From Candidatus Aminicenantes bacterium (GTDB taxonomy: Bacteria; Acidobacteriota; Aminicenantia; Aminicenantales; Saccharicenantaceae): a DNA stretch of 64,000 bases. Shown here piece by piece: positions 43,694 through 52,835 of the stretch. The translations under genes and the position numbers were made by a program. Positions within the stretch are counted from its first letter, which is position 1, and the number at the start of each line of letters is the position of its first letter. Where the stretch lies: assembly GCA_963742235.1 (NCBI GenBank), contig CAVULT010000026.1:277083-341082 (forward strand). Reading direction: 5' to 3'. The notes under the pieces were generated by a model that had not been told where the DNA came from, ran no database searches, and worked only from the letters and a program-made list of their open reading frames with translations.

Positions 43694-44312
43694 TCAGGCT
43701 TCCTTTGGCCACGAGCCGGATGAGAGCGGGCGGAATCTCGCCGAGCGGCAGGGCGAAATCCACATGGCCCGTCTGGATGGCCGCGCCCGGCATGCCGAAG
43801 AACTCGGACGACGTCTCGTCCTGGGCGATGACCGTGCCGCCCATCTTTTTGATCGCGCCGACGCCCATCGAGCCGTCGCTGCCCGTGCCGCTCAAAACGA
43901 CGGCAATGGCCCGGTCCCGGAAAGCCGCGGCGACCGACTCGAACATCAGGTCGGCCGAGGGCCTGACGAAATGCACGAGCTCGGTCTGGGTCAGGACGAG
44001 CGTGGCGTCTTGATTCACGAGGAGGTGCCGGTTCGGCGGGGCGATGAAGACCGTTCCGAGCGACAGCTTCTCGCCGTTCTCGGCTTCCTTGACCCGGAGG
44101 GCCGTCCGGCGCCTGAGGATATCGGCCAGGAAGCTGGGGTGGCGGGGGTCGAGGTGCTGAACGATCAGGACGGCGGCCGGGAAAACGTCCGGCAGCCCGG
44201 CGAGGACGAGGCCCAAGGCGTTCAGCCCGCCCGCGGACGCGGCGATGGCCACGACGTCGAACGCGCCGGCCGAGAAGACCGGTCTCCCGTCGGAATCATC
44301 GCTTCCGGCCAT
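43680..44312 (-). CDS. cheB: CheB-type methylesterase catalytic domain (no receiver domain)
   Basis: 210 aa. VVAIAASAGGLNAL, LIVQHLDP, HFVRPSADLMFESVA and VVLSGTGSDGSMG (Ser-His-Asp catalytic blocks). 14-nt overlap with the cheR start. Confidence 0.88.
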   Translation of the reverse strand: MAGSDDSDGRPVFSAGAFDVVAIAASAGGLNALGLVLAGLPDVFPAAVLIVQHLDPRHPSFLADILRRRTALRVKEAENGEKLSLGTVFIAPPNRHLLVNQDATLVLTQTELVHFVRPSADLMFESVAAAFRDRAIAVVLSGTGSDGSMGVGAIKKMGGTVIAQDETSSEFFGMPGAAIQTGHVDFALPLGEIPPALIRLVAKGSLNEPA

Positions 44313-44357
44313 TCCGCTGCCCCCAGACGAAGATGGTTGCCGTGATAACAGGTGCCT

Positions 44358-44386
44358 ATCTTAGCACGCGAGATCATTCCGCACAA
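44358..44386 (-). promoter_or_regulatory. sigma70-like promoter (extended -10) for the cheB / cheR / kinase operon
   Basis: Minus strand: TTGTGC-N17-TAAGAT, with TG-n preceding the -10. About 45 nt upstream of ATG 44312. Confidence 0.35.
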
Positions 44387-44422
44387 ATCACCGGACTGGA
44401 TTTTCGCTCTGATCGCCGCGGC

Positions 44423-44438
44423 TGGCACGAATCTTGAA
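44423..44438 (+). promoter_or_regulatory. sigma54-type -24/-12-like element upstream of the tandem small secreted paralogs
   Basis: TGGCACGAATCTTGAA, about 230 nt upstream of ATG 44669. This implies a long leader. Confidence 0.35.
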
Positions 44439-44668
44439 TTACACAGCCGTTGGGAAAGAGGTGATACCTCCTCAATCCGCTGTCTTCCCGCCTTGGGCTC
44501 TTCGTCGTAAGGGGGGGACGAAGGGTCCCAAGGCCGGGGAGTTCCGATCCGGATGTGGGGGTGCCGAGGGACGGAACAGAGTCCCGTGCGATGGAACTTG
44601 GGGGGCCGGAAACGGTCTTCAAGGTCCGGCTCGCCGGGCATTCGATGATCGATCAAAGGAGGTTTCCG

Positions 44669-45100
44669 ATGCGGAGAACGGTTCTGGGGTTCCTGGTCCT
44701 CGTCCTGTTATCGCCGGGTTTCGGCCCGAGACCGGCGAGCGCCCAAGTGGGGGTCACGATCGTCGCCGACGTCCCCTTTGCTTTCATGGTGGACAATACC
44801 ATGCTGCCGGCCGGGACGTATGAGTTCATCCAGACCTATGAGCAGCCGTGGGAGTGGACGGTCAACAACGCCAAGGGCATGGTCAAGGTCCAATTTTCGA
44901 CCGAGCCCGCCGAGATGATGAAGCCGCCGCGATCCTATGAGGCGACTTTCGACAACGTCGGCGGCCAGTACTTCCTGACCAACCTCTGGCTCGGCGGCGA
45001 CGAGGACGGCTACTACGTCGCCATGTCCAGGTCCGAGAAGGCCCTTATGAAGAAGGGCATGAGGCCGAAAGAGGAACGCGTCCCCGCCAAGAAGAAATAG
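44669..45100 (+). CDS. Small secreted protein, uncharacterised family (paralog 1)
   Basis: Start at ATG 44669 (AAGGAGG SD). Signal peptide MRRTVLGFLVLVLLSPGFGPRPASA. Shares ADVPFxFxVDNxxLPAGxYE, GGxYFLxxxWL, GxYxxxSRxEKALM and a basic tail with the next gene. Confidence 0.75.
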   Translation: MRRTVLGFLVLVLLSPGFGPRPASAQVGVTIVADVPFAFMVDNTMLPAGTYEFIQTYEQPWEWTVNNAKGMVKVQFSTEPAEMMKPPRSYEATFDNVGGQYFLTNLWLGGDEDGYYVAMSRSEKALMKKGMRPKEERVPAKKK

Positions 45101-45182
45101 CAGGCGTGGGAGGCACGACGTGACGGATGCAAACGAGACCCGCCGCCTCCTTGGGGCGGGCTCATAAAAGAAGGAGGAGATC

Positions 45183-45620
45183 ATGATGATTCGGAACGGC
45201 AAGGTCATTCTGTTGGTCCTGGCGGCCCTCGGCCTGATGGCCGGACAGGCGGCCGCCCAGACGCTCGTATTCATCGCCGACGTCCCGTTCAGTTTCTCCG
45301 TCGATAACGTGACGCTTCCGGCGGGGAAATACGAGATCACGCAGCGCCTGAACACCGACGCGTGGGATTTCACCATCTCCGACGCCATGGGAGCGGTCAA
45401 GGTCTTCTTCGCCACGGAATCGGCCGAGCGGTCGGACCGCGCGCCCGCCTTTGAGCTGACATTCGACGAGATCGGCGGCCGGTACTTCCTCTCCCGGATG
45501 TGGCTCGCGGACACCTCTGACGGCTTTTATATTACCAAGTCCCGCGAAGAGAAGGCCCTGATGACGGGCGGCGCGAAACCGAAGACGCGCAGCGTGAAGC
45601 TGATGAAGAAGGCGGGCTGA
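45183..45620 (+). CDS. Small secreted protein, uncharacterised family (paralog 2)
   Basis: 145 aa, GAAGGAGGAG SD, signal peptide MMIRNGKVILLVLAALGLMAGQAAA. Collinear similarity to 44669..45100 along the full length. Confidence 0.78.
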   Translation: MMIRNGKVILLVLAALGLMAGQAAAQTLVFIADVPFSFSVDNVTLPAGKYEITQRLNTDAWDFTISDAMGAVKVFFATESAERSDRAPAFELTFDEIGGRYFLSRMWLADTSDGFYITKSREEKALMTGGAKPKTRSVKLMKKAG

Positions 45621-45632
45621 TCCCGGGAAGCC

Positions 45633-46784
45633 CTAGCCGAACAGGCGCTCCCAGCGGATGGCCCGCCTGAGGACGCGTCCGGCGACCACGGTCACGCCGA
45701 GCCCGGGGCCTTCGGGAATGCGGATGAACCCCCCGGCGTCGAGGACGACGGGGGGGTCGGCGACATCCTCGTCGAAATAATTCGACGTTTCGGACGTATC
45801 GCCGGGCAGGGTGAAGCCGTCGGCCGTCTGGAGGTGGATGTTGACCGCCCGGCCGATGCCGGTCTCGTCCATGCCGCCCGACCAGACGTCGACGCCGTGG
45901 GCGGCGCAGAAGCCCGCGATCCTGATCGATTCCATGAGGCCGCCGACCCTCCCCTGCTTGACGTTGATGATACGGCAGGCGCCGAGGGCGATGGCCGTGG
46001 CCGCGTCGGCCAGGCTGTGGATGGATTCGTCCAGGCAGATCGCGGTCTTCATCTCTTTCTGGAGAAGCGAGTGCTCGTAGATGTCGCTGTAGGACAGCGG
46101 CTGCTCGATCATCATCAGCCCGAAATCGTCGAGCCGGCGCAGGTGGGCCAGGTCCGAAAGCGAATAGTCGCCGTTCGCGTCGACCATCAGGGGGACCTTC
46201 GGGAAACGGTCGCGGACGGCCCGGACCCAGTCGATATCCTGCCCCTTCTTGACCTTCATTTTGACCCGGTGGTAGCCCTTGGCCACGGCTCTTTCGACGG
46301 CGGACAGGAGGTCGGCCGGGGTATCCTTGAGGCCGATGCTCAGGCCCGACATGATCTTTTTGGCAGGAAAGCCCAGGAGCCCGTGGAGAGGCGTCCCCTG
46401 CTGGAGCGCGAGCAGGATGAGAAGCCCGTTCTCGATCGTCGCCTTGGCCATGCCGTGGCCCCGGACGTGGCGGAATCGCTGCCCGAGCTCGCCGAGCGGT
46501 ATTCCGGGCTCGACAAGCGGCAGGAGGAAGTCCTTGATGATGTGCCGGGCCGTGTCGTTCGTCTCGTAAAAATAGAACGGGTCGGGGTCGGAGACGCACT
46601 CGCTCCAGGCGGTGACTCCCCCCGATTCGAGGCGCATCAGCATCGCTTCCTTGTCCGTCCAGACGTGAACGCTTGTCCCGAACGGGGCGACGAAGGGCAG
46701 CTTGACCGTGACCAGGTCGACCCGGTCGAGCTTCGGGACGGGGAGGCCTTCGAGAGCGGCCGCGGGAGATGAGGGAATCGTCAT
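45633..46784 (-). CDS. Enolase-superfamily enzyme of the o-succinylbenzoate synthase / N-acylamino-acid racemase subgroup
   Basis: 383 aa. Aligns by eye along its whole length with Amycolatopsis NAAAR/OSBS: PFVAPFGTS, RVKMKVKKGQDIDWVRAVRDRF, LMVDANGDYSL, MMIEQPL, ICLDESI, INVKQGRVGG, GGMDETGIGRA, LPGDTSETSNYF. Confidence 0.88.
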   Translation of the reverse strand: MTIPSSPAAALEGLPVPKLDRVDLVTVKLPFVAPFGTSVHVWTDKEAMLMRLESGGVTAWSECVSDPDPFYFYETNDTARHIIKDFLLPLVEPGIPLGELGQRFRHVRGHGMAKATIENGLLILLALQQGTPLHGLLGFPAKKIMSGLSIGLKDTPADLLSAVERAVAKGYHRVKMKVKKGQDIDWVRAVRDRFPKVPLMVDANGDYSLSDLAHLRRLDDFGLMMIEQPLSYSDIYEHSLLQKEMKTAICLDESIHSLADAATAIALGACRIINVKQGRVGGLMESIRIAGFCAAHGVDVWSGGMDETGIGRAVNIHLQTADGFTLPGDTSETSNYFDEDVADPPVVLDAGGFIRIPEGPGLGVTVVAGRVLRRAIRWERLFG

Positions 46785-46814
46785 GGGGAACCTCCGGATA
46801 TCTGTACGGGAAAG

Positions 46815-46844
46815 AATCTATCACTCCCGCCGGCCGGTATTCAA
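46815..46844 (-). promoter_or_regulatory. sigma70-like promoter for the OSBS/NAAAR gene
   Basis: Minus strand: TTGAAT-N18-TAGATT, about 30 nt upstream of ATG 46784, with a GGAGG SD. Confidence 0.45.
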
Positions 46845-46884
46845 GTCGGCGGGATTCGGGCGGCTGGATTTTCAGCCGGGAAAC

Positions 46885-46893
46885 TGCTATCAA
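46885..46893 (+). promoter_or_regulatory. Extended -10 promoter candidate for aspA-sdhAB
   Basis: TGcTATCAA, 22 nt upstream of ATG 46915. The -35 region is weak. Confidence 0.3.
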
Positions 46894-46914
46894 TGGATGA
46901 AAGGGTGATTCGGG

Positions 46915-48393
46915 ATGGATTCCAAGCCGATCGGCCGGAAGCGGATCGAAAAGGACCCGCTCGGCCGCAAGTCCGTGCCGGCGTCCGCCTATTACGGCAT
47001 CGAGACCCAGCGGGCCGTCGAGAATTTCCCCATCAGCGGCCTCAGGGTCCCGCCCCCGCTCATCGAAGCCTGCGCCCGGATCAAGAAGGCCGCGGCCCTG
47101 GCGAACGCCCGCCTCGGGCTCCTCGATCGGCGCAAGGCCGAGGCCATCGCCTCGGCCTGCGACGAGATCGCGGCGGGAAAGCTCGCCGCCGAGTTCGTCG
47201 TCGACGTCTTCCAGATGGGCGCCGGGACATCGTTCCACATGAACGTCAACGAGGTCGTCGCCAACCGGGCCGAGGAGCTGCTCGGCGGCCGGAAGGGCGA
47301 ATACCGCCTGGTCCGCCCGCACGACCATGTCAACATGGCCCAGAGCACGAACGACGTCTACCCCACGGCCATGCGGCTCGCTTCACTGGCTCTCCTTCGG
47401 GACGGCCTCTTCCCCGCCCTCCTGATGCTCGAGGGCTCGCTCGGCCGGAAGGCCCGGGAGTTCGACCGGGTCCTCAAGTCCGGCCGCACGCACCTGCAGG
47501 ACGCGGTGCCCATCCGCCTGGGCCAGGAGTTCGCGGCCTACAAGGCGGCCGTCGCGAAGTCGAGGGCCTCCCTCGCCTTCGCCGCGCGCTCCCTCCACGA
47601 GCTCGGCATCGGGGGCAGCGCCGTGGGCACGGGGCTCAACACGCACCCGCGCTTCGCCGGGCTCGTCGTCAAGCGCCTGGCCGGCGAAACGAGACTGCCG
47701 CTCAGGCTGGCCGCCGACCCGATCGAGGCCATGCAGAGCCTGAGGCCCTTTGCCGACCTCTCGGCCTCCCTCCGCAATCTGGCCCTGGAGCTCGACCGGA
47801 TCGCCAACGACCTCAGGCTCCTGTCTTCCGGGCCCCGGACCGGCCTGGCGGAGATCTCCCTGCCCCCGGTCGCCCCGGGCTCCTCCATCATGCCGGGCAA
47901 GACCAACCCGAGCATGCTCGAGATGCTCAACCAGGTCTGCTGCCAGGTCATGGGCGGCGACCTCGCCGTGAGCGCCGCGGTCCAGGCCGGCCAGCTCGAG
48001 CTCAACGTCATGATGCCGGTCGTCTCGTTCAATCTCCTGTTCATGATCGATATCCTGGCCAACGCGATCCGCCAGGTCTCCGCCCGGGCCATCGATGGGA
48101 TCACCGCGGACAGGGAGCGCTGCCGGTCGTTCGCCAGGTCGAGTGCCGGCCTGGCCACGGCCTTGTCCCCGCTCATCGGCTACGCGGCCGCGGCCGAGGT
48201 GGCCCGGGAATCGATCACCACGGGAAAGCCCATCGCCGCCATAGTCAGGGAGCGCCGGCTCCTCGATGAGGCGACCTTGGAGCGCGTTCTCGAACCCCTG
48301 GCCATGACCCGGCCCGGCCTTCCGGTCTCGAGAACGGGCCCGCGGACGAAGCCGCGCGGCTCCGCCCGGAGCCGGACCCGGACCGGCGGTTGA
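46915..48393 (+). CDS. aspA: Aspartate ammonia-lyase
   Basis: 492 aa. [40 protein letters not shown], and the signature [15 protein letters not shown]. The DVFQ.GAGTS pattern favours aspartase over class II fumarase. Confidence 0.85.
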   Translation: MDSKPIGRKRIEKDPLGRKSVPASAYYGIETQRAVENFPISGLRVPPPLIEACARIKKAAALANARLGLLDRRKAEAIASACDEIAAGKLAAEFVVDVFQMGAGTSFHMNVNEVVANRAEELLGGRKGEYRLVRPHDHVNMAQSTNDVYPTAMRLASLALLRDGLFPALLMLEGSLGRKAREFDRVLKSGRTHLQDAVPIRLGQEFAAYKAAVAKSRASLAFAARSLHELGIGGSAVGTGLNTHPRFAGLVVKRLAGETRLPLRLAADPIEAMQSLRPFADLSASLRNLALELDRIANDLRLLSSGPRTGLAEISLPPVAPGSSIMPGKTNPSMLEMLNQVCCQVMGGDLAVSAAVQAGQLELNVMMPVVSFNLLFMIDILANAIRQVSARAIDGITADRERCRSFARSSAGLATALSPLIGYAAAAEVARESITTGKPIAAIVRERRLLDEATLERVLEPLAMTRPGLPVSRTGPRTKPRGSARSRTRTGG

Positions 48394-48394
48394 C

Positions 48395-50158
48395 ATGGGC
48401 GGGACGAACGGGATCGTCCGTCACGACTACGACGCCGTCATCGTCGGCGCCGGGGGGGCCGGCTTGTACGCCGCCCTTCGGGCCAGCCGGCGCGTCCGGA
48501 CGGCCGTGCTGTCCAAGGTCCATCCGCTCCGCTCTCATACCGGAGCGGCCCAGGGCGGTATCGGCGCGGCCCTCGGCAACGTCGAGGAGGACCGGCCGGA
48601 GTGGCACGCCTTCGATACGGTCAAGGGCGGAGACTATCTCGTCGACCAGGGAGCGGCGCTGATCCTGGCTGACGGGGCGATCGAGGCCGTCGTCGAGCTC
48701 GAACGCCGGGGCCTGCCCTTCAACCGGACGCCCGACGGCCGGATCGACCAGCGGCGGTTCGGCGGGCACACGAGGAACTTCGGGGAAGCCGCGGTCCGCC
48801 GCTCCTGCTATGCCGGAGACCGCACCGGACACATGATCCTCCAGACGCTGTATCAGCAATGCGTCAAGAACGAGGTCGCGTTCTTCGACGAATTCCACGT
48901 GCTCGACCTCGTCCTGGACGGACGGACCTCGTCCGGTGTCGTCGCGGTCGAGCTTCGCACCGGCGACATCCACCTGTTCCAGGCCAGGAGCGTCCTCTTC
49001 GCGACGGGCGGCTTCGGCCGGATGTACCGGGTCACCTCAAATGCCTTCGCCAGCACGGGCGACGGCCCGGCCGTCCTGGCCCGGAACGGCGTCCCCCTCG
49101 AGGACATGGAATTTTTCCAATTCCATCCGACGGGGCTGCGCGGGCTCGGCATTCTCGTCACCGAGGCCGTCCGCGGCGAGGGCGGCGTCCTGCGGAACAG
49201 GGCCGGCGAACGGTTCATGGAGCGGTACTCGCCGAAGCTCCTCGACCTCGCTCCCCGGGACATCGTTTCGAGGGCCATCGTCACGGAGATCCGGCAGGGC
49301 CGGGGGTTCGCCGGAGACGGATCCACGGGAGACTACGTCGTTCTCGACGCCACGGCTCTCGGTAAGGAGACTCTCGAGACGAAGCTCCCCGATATCACCG
49401 GCTTCTGCCGGACCTACCTCGGCATCGACCCCTCGGCGACGCCGATCCCCGTCCTGCCGACGGCGCATTACGCCATGGGAGGCATCCCGACGGACGATCT
49501 CGGGCGGGTCACGGCCTGGACCCCGGGGGAAGCCTATCAGGGCCTCTACGCGGCAGGAGAATGCGCCTGCGTCTCCGTGCACGGCGCCAACCGGCTCGGG
49601 ACCAACAGCCTCGTGGACCTGGTCGTGTTCGGCCGGCGGGCCGGCGACCACATGGCCGAGTTCGCCGCGGGCTCGGCAGGAGGCGGGAGGCCAGGCGACG
49701 GTCCGGGCCTGGCACGGCAGTGGAAGGAACGCCTCGAGCCGCGACCCGGCGCGACCGGGCCGGAGGCCCAGGACCTCCGGCGGCGGATGGAAACGGTGAT
49801 GATGGACAAGGTCGGGATCTACCGCCGCGGGACGGACCTGGCCGAGGCCGTCGACGAGCTGAAGGAGCTCCGCCGGGAAGCGCGCCGTCTCCGTCCGCGC
49901 GATACCGCCCGGGCGTACAATTTCGAAAGGCTCGAGACGATCGAGCTCGGGGGCCTCCTCGACCTCGCTTACGTAACCGCCGTCTCGGCGCTCGGCCGGA
50001 CGGAAAGCCGCGGCTCGCATTCGCGCGAGGATTATCCCAATCGTGACGACGCCAACTGGCTGAAGCACACTCTGGCTCTGATCGACGGCGACCGGATCTC
50101 GATCGGCTATCGTCCGGTCGACCTGGCCCGGTGGGCGCCCGCGCCCAGGGTGTATTGA
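48395..50158 (+). CDS. sdhA: Succinate dehydrogenase/fumarate reductase flavoprotein subunit
   Basis: 587 aa. [12 protein letters not shown] and [14 protein letters not shown] (His for covalent FAD), plus GDRTGH, HPTG and [24 protein letters not shown]. The ATG lies 1 nt after the aspA stop. Confidence 0.92.
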   Translation: MGGTNGIVRHDYDAVIVGAGGAGLYAALRASRRVRTAVLSKVHPLRSHTGAAQGGIGAALGNVEEDRPEWHAFDTVKGGDYLVDQGAALILADGAIEAVVELERRGLPFNRTPDGRIDQRRFGGHTRNFGEAAVRRSCYAGDRTGHMILQTLYQQCVKNEVAFFDEFHVLDLVLDGRTSSGVVAVELRTGDIHLFQARSVLFATGGFGRMYRVTSNAFASTGDGPAVLARNGVPLEDMEFFQFHPTGLRGLGILVTEAVRGEGGVLRNRAGERFMERYSPKLLDLAPRDIVSRAIVTEIRQGRGFAGDGSTGDYVVLDATALGKETLETKLPDITGFCRTYLGIDPSATPIPVLPTAHYAMGGIPTDDLGRVTAWTPGEAYQGLYAAGECACVSVHGANRLGTNSLVDLVVFGRRAGDHMAEFAAGSAGGGRPGDGPGLARQWKERLEPRPGATGPEAQDLRRRMETVMMDKVGIYRRGTDLAEAVDELKELRREARRLRPRDTARAYNFERLETIELGGLLDLAYVTAVSALGRTESRGSHSREDYPNRDDANWLKHTLALIDGDRISIGYRPVDLARWAPAPRVY

Positions 50159-50159
50159 T

Positions 50160-50900
50160 ATGGTCGTCGTCCTCGATGTCCTTCGTTATCGGCCGGAGCA
50201 GGCCGCGGGACGGTCCTTCGAGAGATTCGAGGTCGAGGCCCGGCCGGACGAGCGCCTGCTCGACGTTCTCGTCGACATCCAGCGGCGGATCGACCCGACC
50301 CTGGTCTTTCGGAAGAGCTGCGGACACGGGGTCTGCGGCTCCGACGCCATGGTCATCAACGGCCGGGAGCGCCTCGCCTGCAAGACCCTCGTCAGGGAGG
50401 TCGCCGTCGATGGCGGGCCGGCCGTGACCGTCGAGCCCTTGCGAAACCTCGAGGTCCTCCGGGACCTGGCCGTCGAACAGGAGCCGTTTTTCGGACGTTA
50501 CCGGTCGGTCAAACCCTACTTGATCGCGCCCGAGGCCGGGGCCGAAGGGCGGGAGCGGCTTCAGTCCCCGAAGGAGCGAAGCGCCTTCGACGACGCGACG
50601 AACTGCATCCTCTGCGCCGCCTGCTTTTCGGCCTGTCCGGTCGTCGCCGACGTGAATCCCCGGTTCCTGGGTCCCGCGGCCATCGTCCAGGCCAGCCGCT
50701 TTCTCGAGGACAGCCGCGACAGGGGATTCGAGGACAGGCTCCCCGCGCTCGACCGTCCCGACGGCGTCTGGCCCTGCGAGAACAAGTTCGAGTGCACCCG
50801 GGTCTGCCCCCGAGGCATCAAGGTCACAAGGCTCATCAACCTGACCAAACGCGCTATCACGCGGTTCAAGGAAACGAAGCCGGAGGGCGGCCCGCGTTGA
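50160..50900 (+). CDS. sdhB: Succinate dehydrogenase/fumarate reductase iron-sulfur subunit
   Basis: 246 aa. Cys clusters CGHGVCGSDA...C, CILCAACFSACP and CTRVCPRGI. Starts 1 nt after the sdhA stop. Confidence 0.92.
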   Translation: MVVVLDVLRYRPEQAAGRSFERFEVEARPDERLLDVLVDIQRRIDPTLVFRKSCGHGVCGSDAMVINGRERLACKTLVREVAVDGGPAVTVEPLRNLEVLRDLAVEQEPFFGRYRSVKPYLIAPEAGAEGRERLQSPKERSAFDDATNCILCAACFSACPVVADVNPRFLGPAAIVQASRFLEDSRDRGFEDRLPALDRPDGVWPCENKFECTRVCPRGIKVTRLINLTKRAITRFKETKPEGGPR

Positions 50901-50913
50901 CGGCCGCGCTTCT

Positions 50914-52800
50914 CTATCGCCGGCCGCAGTCGATGGCGGCGATCGAGAGCGCCGGGATCGTCACCACGTTCCCGTCCGGAACCTCGATCTTGACCCTGAC
51001 GACCCTCCGGGGATCGGCGAAGCCGTTGACGACGTCGGCCTGACGCCTGTCCTGCGAATCCTTGACGACCTCCCCTCCCCTGACGCCGAAGCCGGGCCCC
51101 AGATCGGCGAGGTCGAGCGCGACCCGGACCGGCTCTTCGCCGGGATTGACCAGGAACACGGTCACGCCGGACCCGTCCTCGGCGGCACAGGCCGTCGCGT
51201 CGACCGCGGCGGGCAGGTCGGCGGCCACTCGCAAGGGCACGGGCTTCGAATGATTCCTGTACATCTCCATGGTCAGGAATCCCGGCGTCCGGTAGAGCCC
51301 GGCCGCGTTGGTCTGGATCGTCCCGGCGTTGAAGCTGTTGGTCATGTTCGAGCGGCAGGCCAGGACGACATAATCGGAATGCCTGTGGAGGACGTTGAGG
51401 AACCGGGCTTCGAAAAGGGCGCAGCGGAGGCTTCCGAGCTTGCCCCGGCCGAGACCCCAGTCGCCCGCGTCGATGTTCCACTCGGTGACGCCGATCTTGA
51501 GCCGGCCGCCGTCCGGGGAAGCCTTGATCCAGCCCTCGATCCTCCGCAGGTCCGCGTCCACGCCGTCGAGGTCGGGCTGATAATAGTGCGGGGCGAGGAT
51601 GGCCAGATCCGGACCGGCCGCCTCGACGATCTCCCTCGTCGGGAACGACGAGAGGATCCGGACGGCCGGATCGACGGCATGGACGGCGCGAACGAACTCC
51701 AGGAGGCTCGCGAGGTAGCCGGGCGAGGTGATCTCGTTGCCCACCTGAAAGTACTTGACCCCGTAGGGCTCGGGGCGGCCGTTGGCGGCCCTCTTGCGGC
51801 CCCACTCCGAATCGGGGGGACCGTTGAGGTATTCGACCAGCCGGCGGGCGTTGTCCGCGCCGTCGCCCAGGCTGAGGCAAACGAGCGGTTCGGCCCCGAC
51901 GGCGCGGCAGAGACGGACGAACTCTTCGACGCCGACGTCGTTCGTGTCGCGGCGGCCCCAGACGCGGTTGACGAAGGACGGCCGGAGGTCGCGTTCGCCG
52001 ATGGCTTCGGCCCAGCGGTAGGGCCCGGGATCGATGGTCGATCCGCCCCAGCGCAGGATCGGCGGCCCGAGCTCTTTCACCGCGTTGACGACATCCAGAC
52101 GCCACCCTTCGACGTTATCCTCCGGCATGAGCGAGAGCTTGTCGAGCCAGAGCCGTCCGGCGCCCCGGGCCTCGACCTCGAAGACCGCCCTGTCGGTCGT
52201 GCCGCGCGAAACGAGCCTGCCTGAGAATCTCCGCCATTCCGCCCCCGGAGAGGCGAGAGCCGCGGCGGCGAGAGTCGTCCAGGTCCCGTCGGGAAGCTCG
52301 GCCTTGAGGGAGACACGGACCTTGGGCGTCGACGCGCCGCCCCGCCACCAGCCCGAGAACGGGTAGGCCATCCCCTTCCGCACGGCAATCCGGCTTTGCG
52401 TCAGCCGGGCCGGGCGGCCCTCGGAGACATCCAGGCGGCAGGACTGCTTATCGTTGAAGGGCCTGTCAGTGTCATAGCTCCAATCGAGGCTTCGATCCCA
52501 GTCCCGATCGCAGAGATTGGGTTCGCCCCGGAAATAGTCCCAGGTCGAGGTCGGCAGGACGCCCTCGAAGCCGCGGTCTCCCAGCATCTCCGCCCACATG
52601 CCGGGAACATGGTCGTCGAGCAGCTCGACGAAGCCGCCGTAGAGCATCGGGCTGATGCGGCCTTGATGGAGTGGGACCGCGTAGACCTTGAGATTGACTT
52701 CGCCGGTTTGGGCCGCGAGGCGTCCCGGCTCCGACATGATCGGGAGCCCGACTGACAGCGCGAGCAGGATGAGCGGCAGACGGCGGGATGTCATGGTCAT
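50914..52800 (-). CDS. Secreted GH51-like alpha-L-arabinofuranosidase
   Basis: 628 aa with a signal peptide. ISPMLYGGFVE, LRWGGSTID, YFQVGNE (acid/base Glu context) and IGVTEWN (nucleophile Glu context). Confidence 0.8.
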   Translation of the reverse strand: MTMTSRRLPLILLALSVGLPIMSEPGRLAAQTGEVNLKVYAVPLHQGRISPMLYGGFVELLDDHVPGMWAEMLGDRGFEGVLPTSTWDYFRGEPNLCDRDWDRSLDWSYDTDRPFNDKQSCRLDVSEGRPARLTQSRIAVRKGMAYPFSGWWRGGASTPKVRVSLKAELPDGTWTTLAAAALASPGAEWRRFSGRLVSRGTTDRAVFEVEARGAGRLWLDKLSLMPEDNVEGWRLDVVNAVKELGPPILRWGGSTIDPGPYRWAEAIGERDLRPSFVNRVWGRRDTNDVGVEEFVRLCRAVGAEPLVCLSLGDGADNARRLVEYLNGPPDSEWGRKRAANGRPEPYGVKYFQVGNEITSPGYLASLLEFVRAVHAVDPAVRILSSFPTREIVEAAGPDLAILAPHYYQPDLDGVDADLRRIEGWIKASPDGGRLKIGVTEWNIDAGDWGLGRGKLGSLRCALFEARFLNVLHRHSDYVVLACRSNMTNSFNAGTIQTNAAGLYRTPGFLTMEMYRNHSKPVPLRVAADLPAAVDATACAAEDGSGVTVFLVNPGEEPVRVALDLADLGPGFGVRGGEVVKDSQDRRQADVVNGFADPRRVVRVKIEVPDGNVVTIPALSIAAIDCGRR

Positions 52801-52835
52801 CTTCGATCTCCTTGTTCTTCGCTCCCCACGGCTCC

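Noticed and set aside
44440-44668. Tried to match the structured leader to known riboswitch classes: ZTP (a CGCCGGGCA resembling the ZTP 3' box), guanidine, c-di-GMP, glycine and fluoride.
   Set aside because: Only the short 3' box resembles ZTP. The 5' GACTGGCG-type core and the other class-defining motifs are absent. No assignment made.
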